Shown here piece by piece: positions 11,651 to 25,210 of a stretch of 64,000 nucleotides of DNA. The notes under the pieces are model-generated. The model ran no database searches, had not been told where the DNA came from, and was given only the letters and a program-made list of their open reading frames with translations. The DNA lies in NCBI RefSeq assembly GCF_006345805.1, contig NC_042998.1:372001-436000 (forward strand). Reading direction: 5' to 3'. Source of the DNA: Octopus sinensis (lineage: Eukaryota). Position 1 is the first letter of the stretch. Each line of letters opens with the position of its first letter. A program made the translations under genes and the position numbers.

Positions 11651-13159
11651 GTCACCCTCTGCTGATACACAGAAAAACAATGATTGATGGATGACTGGTA
11701 TTGCCATAAGTGTTAGACTGCTTGTTTTTCCACTGGATGTGCAAGGTTGAGTGCCAACTGTACCAGTCTCACTGGCCTGGAGGGCAAACAAAGGTCAAGG
11801 TCACAGAACATCCAACTCCTCCACTGTCCAGCTCCTGACTTATTTACAAAAATAAAGTCAATGGCAATGATTGTGAAATAATCAATGGTAACTTTACTCT
11901 TTACAAAAGTGGCTTCATGTCTAAGAATAAACACCATTTTTTGGTTTCTTTACAAACACACTGGGAAGAATGTTTGATTAAATGGCAGAGTGGAACTAAA
12001 TTAGATAATTACCAGGTGGCACTTCCAACCTTTTATCTCTGTGACACTGAATTAGCTACTAGTACCATACTTGTAGCATTACATTCATGCTAATAGCAAA
12101 CAAATTTCTATGAATCAACACAAAAGTCTCTATGTGGTCATCTGACCTGCTAGAAATAGTAATCAAATTTTCCTCATTTGATAACTTGACTGTCTTAAAA
12201 AAAGGGAAGGACACAGACTTTTTGCCAGATTTTTGTACCTGGGGGGGGGGGGGGGGGTGCTTCAGAATATCCTGGGTGGGCACTAATTTGTATTGTGGGA
12301 AAAATTTTGTAAATTGTATTCTCTAAATCTGAGGGTGCACCAATGGATAGTGAGAAGGCAGTGTTGTCCGGAGACCCATTCCCTAGTGATGGGCATGGAA
12401 AGACATATAGAATAAGTACTAAGGTTGATTTGTTTGACTAAACCCTTCATAGTGGTGTCCCAGCATGGTCACAGTCTAATGACTGAAACAATTAAAAACT
12501 AAAAGATAAATATACACAATGGCCTTCCACACAGCAAATTCACCAACGAGGCATTAGTTGGCCTGAGGATTTAGTAGAAGTCATTTGCTCAAGGTCCTGC
12601 ACAGTGCGACTGCCAAGCTGAAACTGTGTGATTGCAAAGTGAACTTTGGGGTCAGGCCTGGTATTTGTTAGTTTGAGAACCACTGCTTCAGAGCATTGTG
12701 CCCATGAACCTTTACAGGGTCTCTGAGAGTAATGTGAGGGAGTGAGGAAGATATCCTTAAACCAGAGCCCAGGCTTGAATACTTAGAGCAAATGTGGACT
12801 TTGTTGAAGATGCCCAAGGTGCCATCCACCACAAGGTCCAATCCTTGTTGTGGTGTGGAGACTCAGTGACCCTGAGAACTACACCAGCAGAGCGTAAGCT
12901 TGGTAGGGCCTCTAATGTTGGGCAGGCCAAAGGATACAAGCTACCTTAATATGGAACACCTCTTCCCTGAGGTAAAAAAATAAGCACATGGCTTAGTGGT
13001 TAGGGTGCTGGACTCATGAACATAAGATTGTGCTTTTGATTCCTGGACTGGCCAAAATGAGTAATCCTGTGCTGGACTGGGCATCCCCAGAAACCAGAAA
13101 ACTGGCCTTATGAGTTCATGTGATTCAGGAAGGAACTTTAGCTTCGCTATAAGGTTAAC

Positions 13160-13430
13160 ACCTTTACCTTGAAAAAAGTTACAGAAGCATCAATGACAAT
13201 TCAAAACCAAGAGAGGAAGGTCTTCATCTAAGAGAAATACATCCTCTGAACTGGGAAACACAAAGGAGGTAGAAGAGAGGACACCCTGAAAATAACTGGA
13301 TGTGAGGCAATGAGATAGAGTTGAAAAAGCAGTACTCAGCTGAAGAGGAGCAGAAAAGAGCCCAGAGGCAAGAACAATGGAGAAAAGTTTTTGATGGCCT
13401 ACGTTACATAGTGAACAGAGTGTTTAAGTA
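13160..13430 (+). mobile_element. Highly decayed RTE LINE 3' end
   Basis: Conceptual translation ...GGRR.GHPENNW...ELKKQYS...QKRAQ.QEQWRKVFDGL, with stops. Confidence 0.55.
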
Positions 13431-14741
13431 GAGTATGGTGCCAGGTGGTGGAGTTAAACTGGGTAATAGATTGAATTGAATACTCAAGAAGGCCATGGTG
13501 GGATTTGAACTAAAAATGCAATGAGCCAGAAGAAATATCACAAGGCATCCTGGTGTGGCTATATGGTAAGAAGTTTGCTTACCAACCACATGGTTCCAGG
13601 TTCAGTTCTGCTGTGAGGCACTTTGGGCAAGTGTCTTCTAAAGTCCTGAAGTAACCAAAACCTTGTGAGTGGATTTGGTAGGCAGAAACTGAAAGAAGCC
13701 CAGTGTATTTGTGTTTGTTCCATACTAACAGTGTTAGTTTGTTTACATTCTTGAAACTTAATGGTTTAGCAAAAGAGACTGATAGAATAAGTACTAGACT
13801 TAAAAAATAAGTAGTAGGGTTTATTTCTTCAACTAAACTCTTCAAGGTGGTGTCCCAGTATGAAACAAGTAAAAATCGATAAGATAAAAGATCCTTTAGA
13901 CTAGGTATTGATGACAGAAACTGACATGTGTTAACTAATCCTATCTGTTAAGTGGCTGTTAAGTATTTTTATACACACAGGAACATTTGACATTTAAAGT
14001 ACTGAAAATATTTTGAAGGAAAACAACCAAGAGAGTGAAGATAATTTTAGTAGAAAATGGGATTTTAATCAAAATCAAAGCAGAAAATTACTTTAGAATG
14101 GAACAGAAATTATTCAGATGAAAAACTAGTTTAAATTTAGATTCATTAGAAAAAAATTTTCATTCAAATCAACAAGATCATTGTCTTTTAACAAAATGAA
14201 ATAAAAATCATCCAGTTTACTTATATAACAAAGTTTTCTTCCTAATAATACAGACTCTTGCAGACGTCATCTTTAGCACAATATATTACTGAACTATGAT
14301 TAAGACTGAACAAAGGCCCTTTTAACAGGCTATAAACTAAGATGAACAGTATTTTCCTGTTTATAGCAAGTGATTGTACAGTTAAATGTCTTTTCTATTA
14401 CAAGCAATGTAACACTCAAGTAGCAGTGGAGCCTGGAGCCTGCTGGCCAAGCCGTCAACTATAATAAAGAGAGAAAATGTGTGCTGTTTTGAAACAATGC
14501 AATTGTTGTAGCAAATGTTGAACTAATGACCACATAACCAGAAGTCCTTGTCTCTATAGTCTCTTTGCTGTAGCTATAATTGAAGCTGAGTAAAATTTAA
14601 ACTTCCGGTGGAAATCCAGGATAGGGAGGGGGAGAGAAGACAGAGGAATACAAATGAAAAGAGATGAGGCTATTATTTTATCTGCTGTAATATAGCTTCA
14701 ACTTTCATAACTCACTCTACGAGATTTTAGATTTTATTATC

Positions 14742-15120
14742 AGTGGCTTACCAACCACATGGTTCCGGGTTCAGTCCCACTGCGTGGCACCTTGTCTTCT
14801 ACTATAGCCTTCGGCCAACCAAAGCCTTGTGAGTGGATTTGGTAGACGGAAACTGAAAGAAGCCTGTCATTTATATATGTATGTATATATATATATATAT
14901 GTATGTGTGTGTATATGTTGTGTTTGTCTCTCCAACATCGCTTGACAAACGATGCTGGTGTGTTTACGTCCCTGTAACTTAGCGGTTTGGCAAAAGAGAC
15001 CGATAGAATAAGTACTAGGTTCACAAAGAATAAGTCTTGGGATCGATATGCTCGACTAAAGGTGGTGCTCCAGCATGGCCACAGTCAGATGATTGAAACT
15101 AGTAAAAGAATAAAAGAATA
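14742..15120 (+). mobile_element. SINE family A copy
   Basis: Family-A pattern with an internal TA/TG tract. Another copy at ~13540-13900. Confidence 0.9.
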
Positions 15121-15174
15121 TGTGTATGCAGAATATGTGTGAGTGAATATATATATACGTATATATGTGCATAT

Positions 15175-15512
15175 AGTGAAGGCATATGGCTGAGTGGTTA
15201 GGGCATTGGACTCACAATCATGAGGTGGTGAGTTTGATTCCCGGACAGGGCAGTGCGTCGTGTTCTTGAACAAGACACTTTATTCCACATTGCTCCAGTT
15301 CACTCAACTGTAGAAATGAGTTGCGACATCACTGGTTCTAAGCTGTATCGGCCCCTTTGCCTTTCCCTTGGATAACATCAGTGGTGTGGAGAGGAAAAGC
15401 TGGTATGCATGGGTGACTGCTGGTCTTCCCTTAACAAATTTGCCCAGACTTGTGCCTTGGAGGGGAACATTCTAGGTACAATTCCATGGTCATTCATGAC
15501 TGAAGGGGGTCT
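15175..15512 (+). mobile_element. SINE family C copy
   Basis: A box TGGCTGAGTGG and B box GAGTTTGATTCC, followed by the family-C 3' part. Confidence 0.85.
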
Positions 15513-15607
15513 TTTATGTGTGTATGTGTGTGTATACATATACACACACATACACACATAATGGTCACAACTACAATATGCAGAAAGCTAATAATATACA
15601 TACATAT

Positions 15608-15965
15608 ATATCATCATCATCATCATTTAACGTCCGCTTTCCATGCTAGCAAGGGTTGGACGATTTGACTGAGGTCTGCCGAACCAGATGGCTGCATCAG
15701 ACTCCAATCTGATTTGGCAGAGTTTCTACAGCTGGATGCCCTTCCTAATGCCAACCACTCCAAGAGTGTAGTGGGTGCTTTTACGTTCCACTGGCACAAG
15801 GGCCTGTCAGGCTGTACTGGCAACAGCCACGCTCAAATGGTGCTTTTTATGTGCCACCTGCACAGGAGCCAGCCCAGCGGCACTGGCAATGACCTCACTT
15901 GAATGTTTTTTCATGTGCCACCAGCACAAGTGCCAGTAAGGTGACGCAGGTAACGACCATGCTCG
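15608..15965 (-). mobile_element. (GAT)n-tailed family D element
   Basis: CATCATCATTTAACGTCCGCTTTCCATGCTAGC... on +. Confidence 0.85.
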
Positions 15966-16789
15966 ATACATATATATATATATATATAGTGGACTTCTTT
16001 TATTCTTTTAGTTTCCATCTACCAAATTCACACACGAAACCTTGGCTGTCTCAGGGCTATAGTAGAAAACACTTGCTCAAGGTGCCACTCAGAAAGACTG
16101 AACCCAGAACCATGTGGTTGGGAAGCAAACTTCTTACCACACAGCCATGCTTGTGTCTATGCATGTTGATATATTTTGGGAATTTTACTTAAACTCTCAT
16201 ATTCAATCGTTAATTTAATGGCTTTAAAATAGTAAATTAGCAGAGTAGGAGCATCTGCACAATTAGGAGATATCACATGATGCACATATATGCAAATTTG
16301 TCTTTGAAATTTAACACAAACAAACAAATAAACATTGACACAATGTTGCAAACAAGACTAAGTTTGCAAAATCAGTAACTGCAATAGTCACGTGGCCTGA
16401 TAATTTAGAACATTAAATTCATGGTGTCTCGTACAGAGAGCATGTACCAATAGGTTTAGTACATATCTGAAACAACACTAGTGGCTGAAAATTAGGATAG
16501 TCTTCCTTATTATATATTGATTTCAAATTTTGGCACAAGGCCAGCAAATTTGGTGGAGCCGGGGTGTAGTTGATTATACCAACTGCAGTATGCAACTGGT
16601 ACTTATTTTGTTGACACTAGAAGGGTGAAAGGCAAACCAACCTCGACAGAATTTGAACTCAGAATGTAAACATGCATAGACACAAGCATGGCTGTGTGGT
16701 TTGCTTCCCAACCACATGGTTCTGAGTTCAGTCTTTCTCAGTGGCACCTTGAGCAAGTGTTTTTCTTCTATAGCCATGAGATAGCCAAG

Positions 16790-17292
16790 GTGGTGAGCTG
16801 GTAGAAACATTAGCACGCTGGGCTAAATGCTTAGCAGTATTTCGTCTGTCTTTACATTCTGAGTTCAAATTCTGTCGAGGTTGACTTTGCCTATCATCCT
16901 TTCGGGGTTGATAAATTAATGGGGTAGAAAGGGCTCCTTAGCCGTAGTGAAGGCAATCTATCTAGGGAGATAACCTTACAATAAATCACTGGGTCCGTAG
17001 CTTAGAAATACTGGGTTGACGTCCAGCGGGAACAGCTTTGTTTCATGGAGGAGGAAAGATCTTCTTTAGTACTTGGTTGTACAATGCTTTCCAATGTGTG
17101 TAGTAGTGGCACACGCACACATTATTAGCCATTTGAAAAGACTATGAAAGTCTCGACCACGGTTGAACAATGATGATGATGATGATAAATTAAGTACCAG
17201 TTACGCACTGGAGTTGATGTAATCGACTTAATACCTTTGTTTGTCCTTGTTTGTCCCCTCTATGTTTAGCCCCTTGTGGGCAATAAAGAATT
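16790..17292 (+). mobile_element. SINE family B copy split by a 263-bp insertion
   Basis: The family-B sequence resumes after the duplicated TGATAAATTAA. Confidence 0.85.
16920..17182 (+). mobile_element. 263-bp (GAT)n-tailed retroposed element with an 11-bp TSD
   Basis: TGATAAATTAA at 16909-16919 and 17183-17193; (GAT)n tail at ~17170-17185. Confidence 0.85.
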
Positions 17293-17530
17293 AAGAATGT
17301 GAACTCAGAATGTAAAGATAGATAAAATACCATTAAACATTTTGCTTGGCATGCTAACAATCCTACCAGTTCGCTACCTTATTCTTGCATATTATATATT
17401 GGCTTCAAATTTTGGCCCAAGATCAATGATTTCAGGGGAGGGGTAAGTCAATTACATCGACTCCTGTACACAACTAGTATTTATTTTAGCGATCTCAAAA
17501 AGGGTTGTGTGTGTGTGCATGTATGTGTGT

Positions 17531-17574
<44 letters not shown>

Positions 17575-18489
17575 GTGTGGATGTGTGTGTCAGAGAGGGA
17601 GAGACAGAGAGAACTGAGAAAATGGACACATCTAATTTTCCTAGTTTTCCATTTGTTGATCAGCTGTTTCTCCATATTGAGAAGTCACAACTCTGGTTCT
17701 ATGGACATCATCATCATCATCATCATGAGTAAAATCTTTCAGGAAAGAACTGCAAGATAGATTTTTCCAGCTGAGCCAACTGGCAGGAAACTTAGGAAGA
17801 GACCAAGAAGAAGATGGTCGGATAATATCCATAATCTCAGCTGGTCATGTTTGGGAATCCAGCCGGAATGTCTAATGACAGTTGCTACTGGTAAGACTCT
17901 ATGGAGGAGGTGCCTGCAGACCCTACCTCCACAACCCTCTCAGGAATAGTGGGCAGAGAAGATGGATATGTGTGTGTGTGTGTGTGTGTGTGTTTTGTGT
18001 TGACCGTCCTGACATGCTTGAGCGGACTCATCAAGCCAAGTGAAATCATAGTTGTGGCCATGGCTGGAGTCATGTAAATGGCACCTGTGAAATCATAGAT
18101 GTGGCCATTGCCGGTGTCATGTAAATAGCATCTGTGCTGATGGCATTAGGAAGAGTATCCAGCTGAGGAAACCTTGCCAAATCAGGCTGGAACTTGGTGC
18201 AGATCTCCAGCTTACCAATTCTAGTCAGGCTGTCTAACCCATGCCAGCATGGAAAATGGACGTTGAATGATGCTCACATGAGAATTGTAAATAAGCAGAA
18301 CGATCACAGAAGCAGCATCCTTTGATTCTAACCTATCTGATAATGGGAAAATATATTCTTTCTAGGAAACAGGTAAGGGTTTGCAACAGGAAAGGTACCC
18401 AGTCATAGAAAATCTGCCTCAACAAATTCTGTATGAAAAAGTGAGAGTATGTTAAAACAATGATGATGATGATGATAATCATGATACTC

Positions 18490-18707
18490 TTTACTCTTCA
18501 CTCTTTTACTTGTTTCAGTCATTTGACTGTGGCCATGCTGGAGCACTGCCACTAGTTGAGCAAATCGACCCCAGGACTTATCCTTTGTAAGCTTAGTACT
18601 TATTCTATTGGTCTCTTTTGCCGAACTGCTAGGTTACGGGGACGTAAACACACCAGTATAGGTTGTCAAACAATGTTGGGGGGACAAACACAGACACACA
18701 AACATAT

Positions 18708-18763
<56 letters not shown>

Positions 18764-18908
18764 CAGGCTTCTTTCAGTTTCCGTCTACCAAATCTACTCA
18801 CTAGGCTTTGGTTGGCCCAAGGCTATAGTAGAAGACACTTGCCCAAGGTGCCACACAGTGGGACTGAACCTGGAACCATGTGGTTGGTAAACAAGTTACT
18901 TACCACAT
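18490..18908 (-). mobile_element. SINE family A copy
   Basis: Full family-A pattern, reverse complement. Confidence 0.9.
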
Positions 18909-19287
18909 GATTTTTTAATGGAACTTGCACTGGTTTTGATCATGGGTATTCCATATGTTTAACCAAAGCAGTTGCATACTCATGAATTTAGAGTGTAACT
19001 GAATCACTCAGTACTCTGCAGACAGTTCTATATCCTTCATGTAATTCTCAGCAGAATCAGCTTGATGCCATGAGTCCATCAGGCAACATTTCAAGAACAG
19101 GGTACAGACAATCTGATAGATTTCTGTGGTATCTATCTACTTGAAATCTGCTCACTAAACTTATGGTAACCTTTGGTGAATTTAGTAGGATAAAATTTCA
19201 AAACCTTCAACACCTCTATGTGTGTGCGTGTGGTGCATTATTATTATTATATTATTATTATTAATATTATTTTTATTATTATTATTA

Positions 19288-19329
<42 letters not shown>

Positions 19330-19330
<1 letters not shown>

Positions 19331-22300
19331 TAGTTTTATTTTTATAGCGTGCTTTCACTTCACTATCGAGCGCAGCTCTGTGTGCCTTGGGTATGTGCTG
19401 TGATTTGTTGTGATGCTCTGATGGTTATTGTATGGAAAGTGTTCTGCGTAGGATGTGTGCAGTGCCTAGTAGTACAATTTTCTGTATGTTATATGTGTTT
19501 GTAAGTCCTGGTGTTTTTGTTATGTATTTGTCTGAATATTTTTTTATCATGCCTAATGCACCTACTATGATAGGAATTGTTTCTGTTTTTAGATTCCACA
19601 TTCTGGTTACCTCTATTTCCAGGTCTTTGTATTTTGAAAGTTTCTCCTTTTCTTTTAGAGACACATTGTCATCTGCCGGTATTGATACATCAATTAGAAA
19701 GCATTTTTTTCTTCATGATCTCTGACAACTATATCTGGTCTGTTGGCCTTAATTTCTCTATCTGTGTGTATCGGCATATCCCAGAGTATGGTTGCTTTCT
19801 CGTTTTCTGTGACCTTTTCTGGTGTGTGCCTATACCATCTTTTTTCTGTTGTTATTCCATAATGTTGGCATAGCTTCCAATGTATGTAGGTTCCAACTCT
19901 GTCATGTCTGTGAATATATTCCTTCTTAGCCAGGACTGGGCAGCCAGAGATAATATGATTTATTGTTTCTTGTCCATCTCCACATATTCTGCAGTTACTT
20001 GTTATATTTCTTTTCATTACATGTTTTTGGTAATTTCTGGTAGGGAGGCTCTGGTCTTGTGCTGCAATTAAAAATCCCTCTGTCTTTGCTTTGAGTCCTG
20101 AGCTTCTCAACCATTGTTGGGACTTTTCTTTGTCTATTTCTTTTGCATTTAGTTTAGTCCAGTATTTACCATGAAGGGGCTTTTCTTGCCATCGTTTTAT
20201 CATGGTTCGTTGCTGTTCTAGTTGAATTTTCGATTTCATTTGTTTTATAGCTTTTGTTGTTTCTTCATATCTGTTAGGTGGTATGATTTCTTGTTTGTAT
20301 TTGTCAGCTTCCTTAAATACTGAGAACAGTTTTTTGTTTTGCTCGTGTTTTTCCGCTATTTGTATAAGTTTTCCTTCCTTCTGAAGTAGATATTTTTGCA
20401 GTCCTATGGTGGTTATTTTATAGTAGTTTTCCAGTTGTATAAGGCCTCTGCCACCATCTATACGTTGTATATATAGCCTTTCTATGTCAGATTTTGGGTG
20501 ATGCATCCTAGATCCTGTCATTATTTTTCTTGTTTTCCTATCTATTTTGGTCAGTTCATTTCGTGTCCAGTTAAGGATATTGTAGCAGTAACTTATAACT
20601 GGGACAGCTAAAGTGTTGATACCTATTATCTTGTTTTTAGCATTGAGCTCTGTTTTTAGTATTGATCTAACTCATCTATAATATTCTTTTTTTATTTTCT
20701 CTTTCATTTGTGTGTGTTGTGTCTTATCTAGTTCATGGATTCCTAAGTATTTGTAAGTTTGGCTTTGGTCTAATTCTTTTATTTCATTGGTTTTATCTAG
20801 TGTGATGTTGCTACTCTTAATTAGTTTTCCTCTTTTCAGGGTTACTTTGGCGCATTTTTCTAATCCAAATTTCATATCTATTTCTTTGGTAAATCCATGA
20901 ACTGTCTTTAATAGTGTTTCCAGCTGTTTGTCATTTGCAACATATAGTTTTAGGTCATCCATATATAAAAGGTGGCTGATCGTTTTGCCATAACATTTAT
21001 ATCCACATCCAGTTCTGTTTAGCATATCCGATAGAGGTGACAGTGCCAAGCAGAAAAGGAGTGGAGAGAGCATATCTCCCTGGAATATTCCTCTTCTAAT
21101 GGGGATGGCTTTGGTTTTCATGAGTCCCTCTTTTGTTTGGAGCTGTAGCACTGTTTGCCATTTATTCATAGAGTGTCCTATGTACTTTATAATTGTTGGT
21201 GCAACTTTGTTCATGGCCAGTGTTTCGAGAATCCATGTGTGGGTGATGCTATCAAACGCCTTTTTGTAATCGATCCAGGCCATACTGAGGCCTTTCTTCT
21301 TTCTGTGGCTGTCTTCAGTTATGGCTTTATTGATCATTAGTTGATCTTTACAGCCGTATGAGCCTTTGCAGCATACTTTCTGCTCTTCTGGGAACAGTTT
21401 GTTTTCGTCCAGGTGCTTGTTCAATCTTTGCGATATCACTGCAGTAAATGCTTTGTACATTGTAGGGAGACAGGTTATAGGTCTGTAGCTTTCTGGTTTT
21501 GCTGTCTCATTTGATTTGGGAATTAAGATGGTTTTCCCCTTCGTGAGCCATTCTGGCATTGTCTTTGGTTCTGCTAGCATGTTGTTAAAGTTTTCAGCCA
21601 GCTTTTTGTGCATTCCTGTTAGATATTTCAACCAGAAGTTGGGGATCTTGTCATGCCCAGGTGCCTTCCAGTTGCTTAGTCTTTGCAGTGCCTGAGTGAC
21701 CTCTTCAGTTGTTATGGGGGTCCAAAGTTGCTCAGATGCTGAGTTTGTTGTTTTAATACTCTTTTTTTTTGGTTGTTCGTTCGCCGACCATATTTCTCTC
21801 CAGAATTCTTCCACTTCTTCTGCCGTTGGTGCTGCAGTGATTTCTATTTTATTTTTGCCAAGTTCTTGGTAGAACTTTTTGGGGTTGGAGTTGAACTTTT
21901 TGTTTTGTTCAAAGAAGCGCTGGCGTTTCTTGTACCGGCGGATCCTTTGTGCTTTGGCAAGGATATCTTGCTTTAGTTTTTCTTTTATCTCAGGTAAATC
22001 ATTTTCTGTGATGTTGTATTTGCAGAGTATTTTTGTTTTCTTTTTGTTGCTCAGTAGCATTGATTGTCTACTGATTTCATTAAGAATCGACAGATCTTTT
22101 CTCATTTTTTTGTATTTTGTTTTGGATGTTATTTATCCACAGAGTTTGTTTGGGTGGTGGTACTTCTGTTTGGATGGGTTTGAGTGAGTATCCAGCTTCT
22201 TTTGTGGCTGCAGTGGCTGCTGCGTATACTAAGTCATTTAGCTCAGTGATATCGCTTTTTGTTTCAGTGGCTATTAGTTCCGTGACGGCTAGGTTTATGC

Positions 22301-22694
22301 TGTTTATAATTGATGTTGTTATTTCGTCTATTTTGATTTTTGGGAGGTATGGTCGGTGGTCCATCTTGAGATCTGTGTTTTTCAGTTCTTTGATTATTCT
22401 ACTTTTTGTAGTATCATAATCATTAGGCTCCCCTTCGTTGTTTCCAGCTTTTACATTTGTGTCACTTTTTTCACGTTCGTATGTTTGTTTGTCTTGTTTT
22501 TGCTTGCATATTATTATGCATCCTTACGGTCTGGGTTTGTTGTTTTTTGTTTACATCGTGTTTGTTGGGAATGTTATGTTTGTCTTCATGTTTTACTGTT
22601 TCAGTGTTTATATTATTGGGCATTGTTGTGTGGCTTCTATCTACATTTTCCTGATGTATTTTTTCTTTTAGATGTTCTATTTCTATTTCTGATA

Positions 22695-22700
<6 letters not shown>
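19330..22700 (-). mobile_element. Near-complete (5'-truncated) R4/Dong-type RLE non-LTR retrotransposon, subfamily 2
   Basis: N-terminal motifs KISEIEIEHLK and RPYLPKIK, full RT, CCHC (CRICG..ETINHIISGC), RPDIVV and KYKDLEIE..IVGALG. (TAA)n on the sense strand at both ends (19240-19328 and 22697-22840). Confidence 0.95.
20672..22105 (-). pseudogene. Reverse transcriptase segment of the R4/Dong element
   Basis: WKAPGHDKI, YRPITCLPTMYK, WIDYKKAFDS, GIFQGDMLSPLLF, LLYMDDLKLY, FGLEKCA, YKYLG. A premature stop at 20672 and frameshifts join it to ORFs 22080..22364, 19694..20521 and 19425..19664. Confidence 0.95.
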
Positions 22701-22725
<25 letters not shown>

Positions 22726-23144
22726 GTTATCATTATTATTATTATTACTATTATTATTATTATTATTATCATTATTATTATTATTATTATTATTACTGCT
22801 ATTGTTGTTATTATTATTGTTATTATTTCTATTATTATTATGCACACATACACAAATATATAGAGGTTTCTTTCAGTTTCCATCCTGCCAGATCCACTCA
22901 CAAGCCTTTGGTTGGCCTGAGGCTATAGTAGAAGACACTTGCCCAAGGTGTCATGCAGTGGGATCAAACCTGAAAGCATGTGTTTGGGAAGCAAGTTTCT
23001 TGACTCCATTTGCATCTGTGACTTGGACACAAACACACACACACAAATGTGTATGTATGTATATATAATAATAAATGTGAAATTCTGTCTGTCTGTTCAT
23101 TCAGGACCTCCGTATCTCTGTCTACAGTTTCTCTACATAGACAT

Positions 23145-23485
23145 ATTAGGAGGAATTTCAACCATGTTTCGTTGTCTGCTACCAAACAGCTCCTTTATAG
23201 GTTCCAGTTAGCTCAAGACATCATCAAGAGGAACCACATCCAGTTTCGGCCCCTCCTCCTCTACTGTTTTGACATGGTGGGGCCCCGCCCTTTCGGAGGT
23301 GTCTTCAGCTCTGGTGTTGGGTGCATGTCTTCTTTCTTCTGTTCCCTGGCCTCTTTGATGTAGCGTTAACAAGTGTCAGCGGGTGACTGACTGTCATGTC
23401 AAATTTCCCTTTAAATACCTTCTGCTAGACTCCAGCAGGCAGCCCCAGCAAGTTGTCATGTGACACTGTCTCAACTTTAACTGTT
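23145..23485 (-). repeat. Second copy of the ~360-bp dispersed repeat
   Basis: Reverse-complement homolog of 3715-4075. Apparently nested in an older Helitron-like element starting at ~23065. Confidence 0.75.
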
Positions 23486-24319
23486 CCTTTTTAGAATCAG
23501 GATGATTCCAGGATTGAAAACATCTGCCCTTCATTTGGTTCTTGAACATCCAGGAGTCTGGATGAGGATTTGTTATATGCTAACAGTTGAAAATTAAAAT
23601 GCTCTCTTTAGTTTTAGGCTGCAGGCTTAATTAGCCGTGTGCAGAAGCTAGCTTAAAAGTCCACATAGAGTGTGACTTTTAAGTTGGTATATATATATAT
23701 ATATATAGACTTATAAGAATATTTTACAAGGATAAGCATTACAATGACTTTGAAGCTTACACTCTTAAATAAGGTGAGCAAGCTGAAACTTTGAAGTCAC
23801 TATCAACTTATTCATTTTAAAAGTTAAAAAGTTAAAAAGTTAATACGTACTGAATAAAATGTATTGAGTAAACCTTAAATTATTTTTATATATAACTTTG
23901 TATAAAAACAAACACACATACATTCATACATGTCTTTATATATACACACACACACATATATATAGTTGTCTAACAACCATAATTTGGAAAAAACATGTAC
24001 TCATATGTTTGTCAATGGAATTGTTAGCAGACTGTATAAAATGCTTAGTGGTATTTCATCTGTCATTACGTCCTGGGTTCAAATTTCAGAGGTCGACTTA
24101 ACCTTTTTTCTTTGCAAGGTTGATAAAACAAGTACCAGTTGAGTTCTGGGGTTAATGTAATCGACTTACACTTCCCCTGGAATTGCTGGCCTTGTGCCAA
24201 AATTTGAAATCAATATTTATCAATAGAATGGGTATATTAATTAAAGTATACTGATCCACAAGATCAGCTTAAATGGATCTATAATACTGTATACTTTGAT
24301 TAATATACTTATATTTGGC

Positions 24320-24845
24320 AGATAGAGTGGATGTAAGTGGTGGATGTGAAGCAGCTGTGACAGCAAGAGCGAGACTTGGCTGGGTGAAGTTCAGGGAATG
24401 TGGAGTATTATTATATGGGAAAAGATTCTCATTAAAGATGAAAAGAAGGGTCGATAGGAGTTATGTGAAAGCTGCAATGCTGTATGGGTATTTGAGAGAG
24501 AGAGCAAGATGGCAATTTTGAGAAGGACTGAGGACTTGATGTGGATGCTGTGGAATCAGTGGAACGGCTGGCAAAGGCAAATGGAGTGCGGTGGTATAGG
24601 CATGTGTTGAGGAGGGATAAGGAGCATGTTCTGAAGAGGATGCTAGAGTTTGAGGTAAATGGAAAGTGAAAGCAAGGTTAGACTGAGGAAAATATGGAGG
24701 GGACAGGTAGAGGAAGAGACTGGGAGGGTTGAGAAGGGAGGATACCCAAAACTGGGCAAGATGGCAAGATGGTGTGAGGGCAGTTGCTATGGCACTGAGG
24801 TAGATCTAGCAACCCCTATTAACGGGGACAAAATCCAGATTCAAA
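24320..24845 (+). mobile_element. Decayed RTE LINE 3' fragment (a different family)
   Basis: GGCEAAVTARARLGWVKFRECGVLLYGKRFSLKMK...MLYG, followed by WYRHVLRR-like sequence. Confidence 0.8.
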
Positions 24846-24869
24846 TGATGGATGATATATATATAAAGG

Positions 24870-25210
24870 GTAAAGGATAAAGAACTCCTTTGGTTATGAA
24901 TGGCCATAGGATTGTACCTAGAAAGTTACCTCCCCAGGCACAAGTCCAGGCAAGGTTGTTTGTGGAGGACCAGCAGTCACCCATGCATACCAGCCTCCCT
25001 TCTCCATGCCACCGATGTTATCCAAGGGAAAGGCAAAGGCTGATACAGTTTGGCACCTGTGATGTTGCAACTCATTTCTACAGCAGAATGAATTGTAGCA
25101 ATGTGAAATAAAGTGTCTTGCACAAGAACACAACAGACAGCTTGGTCTGGGAATTGAACTCACTACCACATGATTGTGAGTCCAATGCTCTAATCACTGA
25201 GCCATGCACC
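24870..25210 (-). mobile_element. SINE family C copy
   Basis: Reverse complement of the 15175-15512 pattern. Confidence 0.85.

Noticed and set aside
11564-11937. Complex-looking minus-strand ORFs with a possible acceptor (TTTGCCCTCCAG)
   Set aside because: No recognisable protein and no convincing donor; one ORF runs into a SINE.
14560-14640. ACTTCCGGT (ETS-like) motif as a promoter
   Set aside because: A single short motif with no CpG-rich context or downstream exon.
23648-23697. Short imperfect hairpin as a miRNA precursor
   Set aside because: The stem is only ~16 bp with several G-U pairs in AT-rich DNA; insufficient without small-RNA data.
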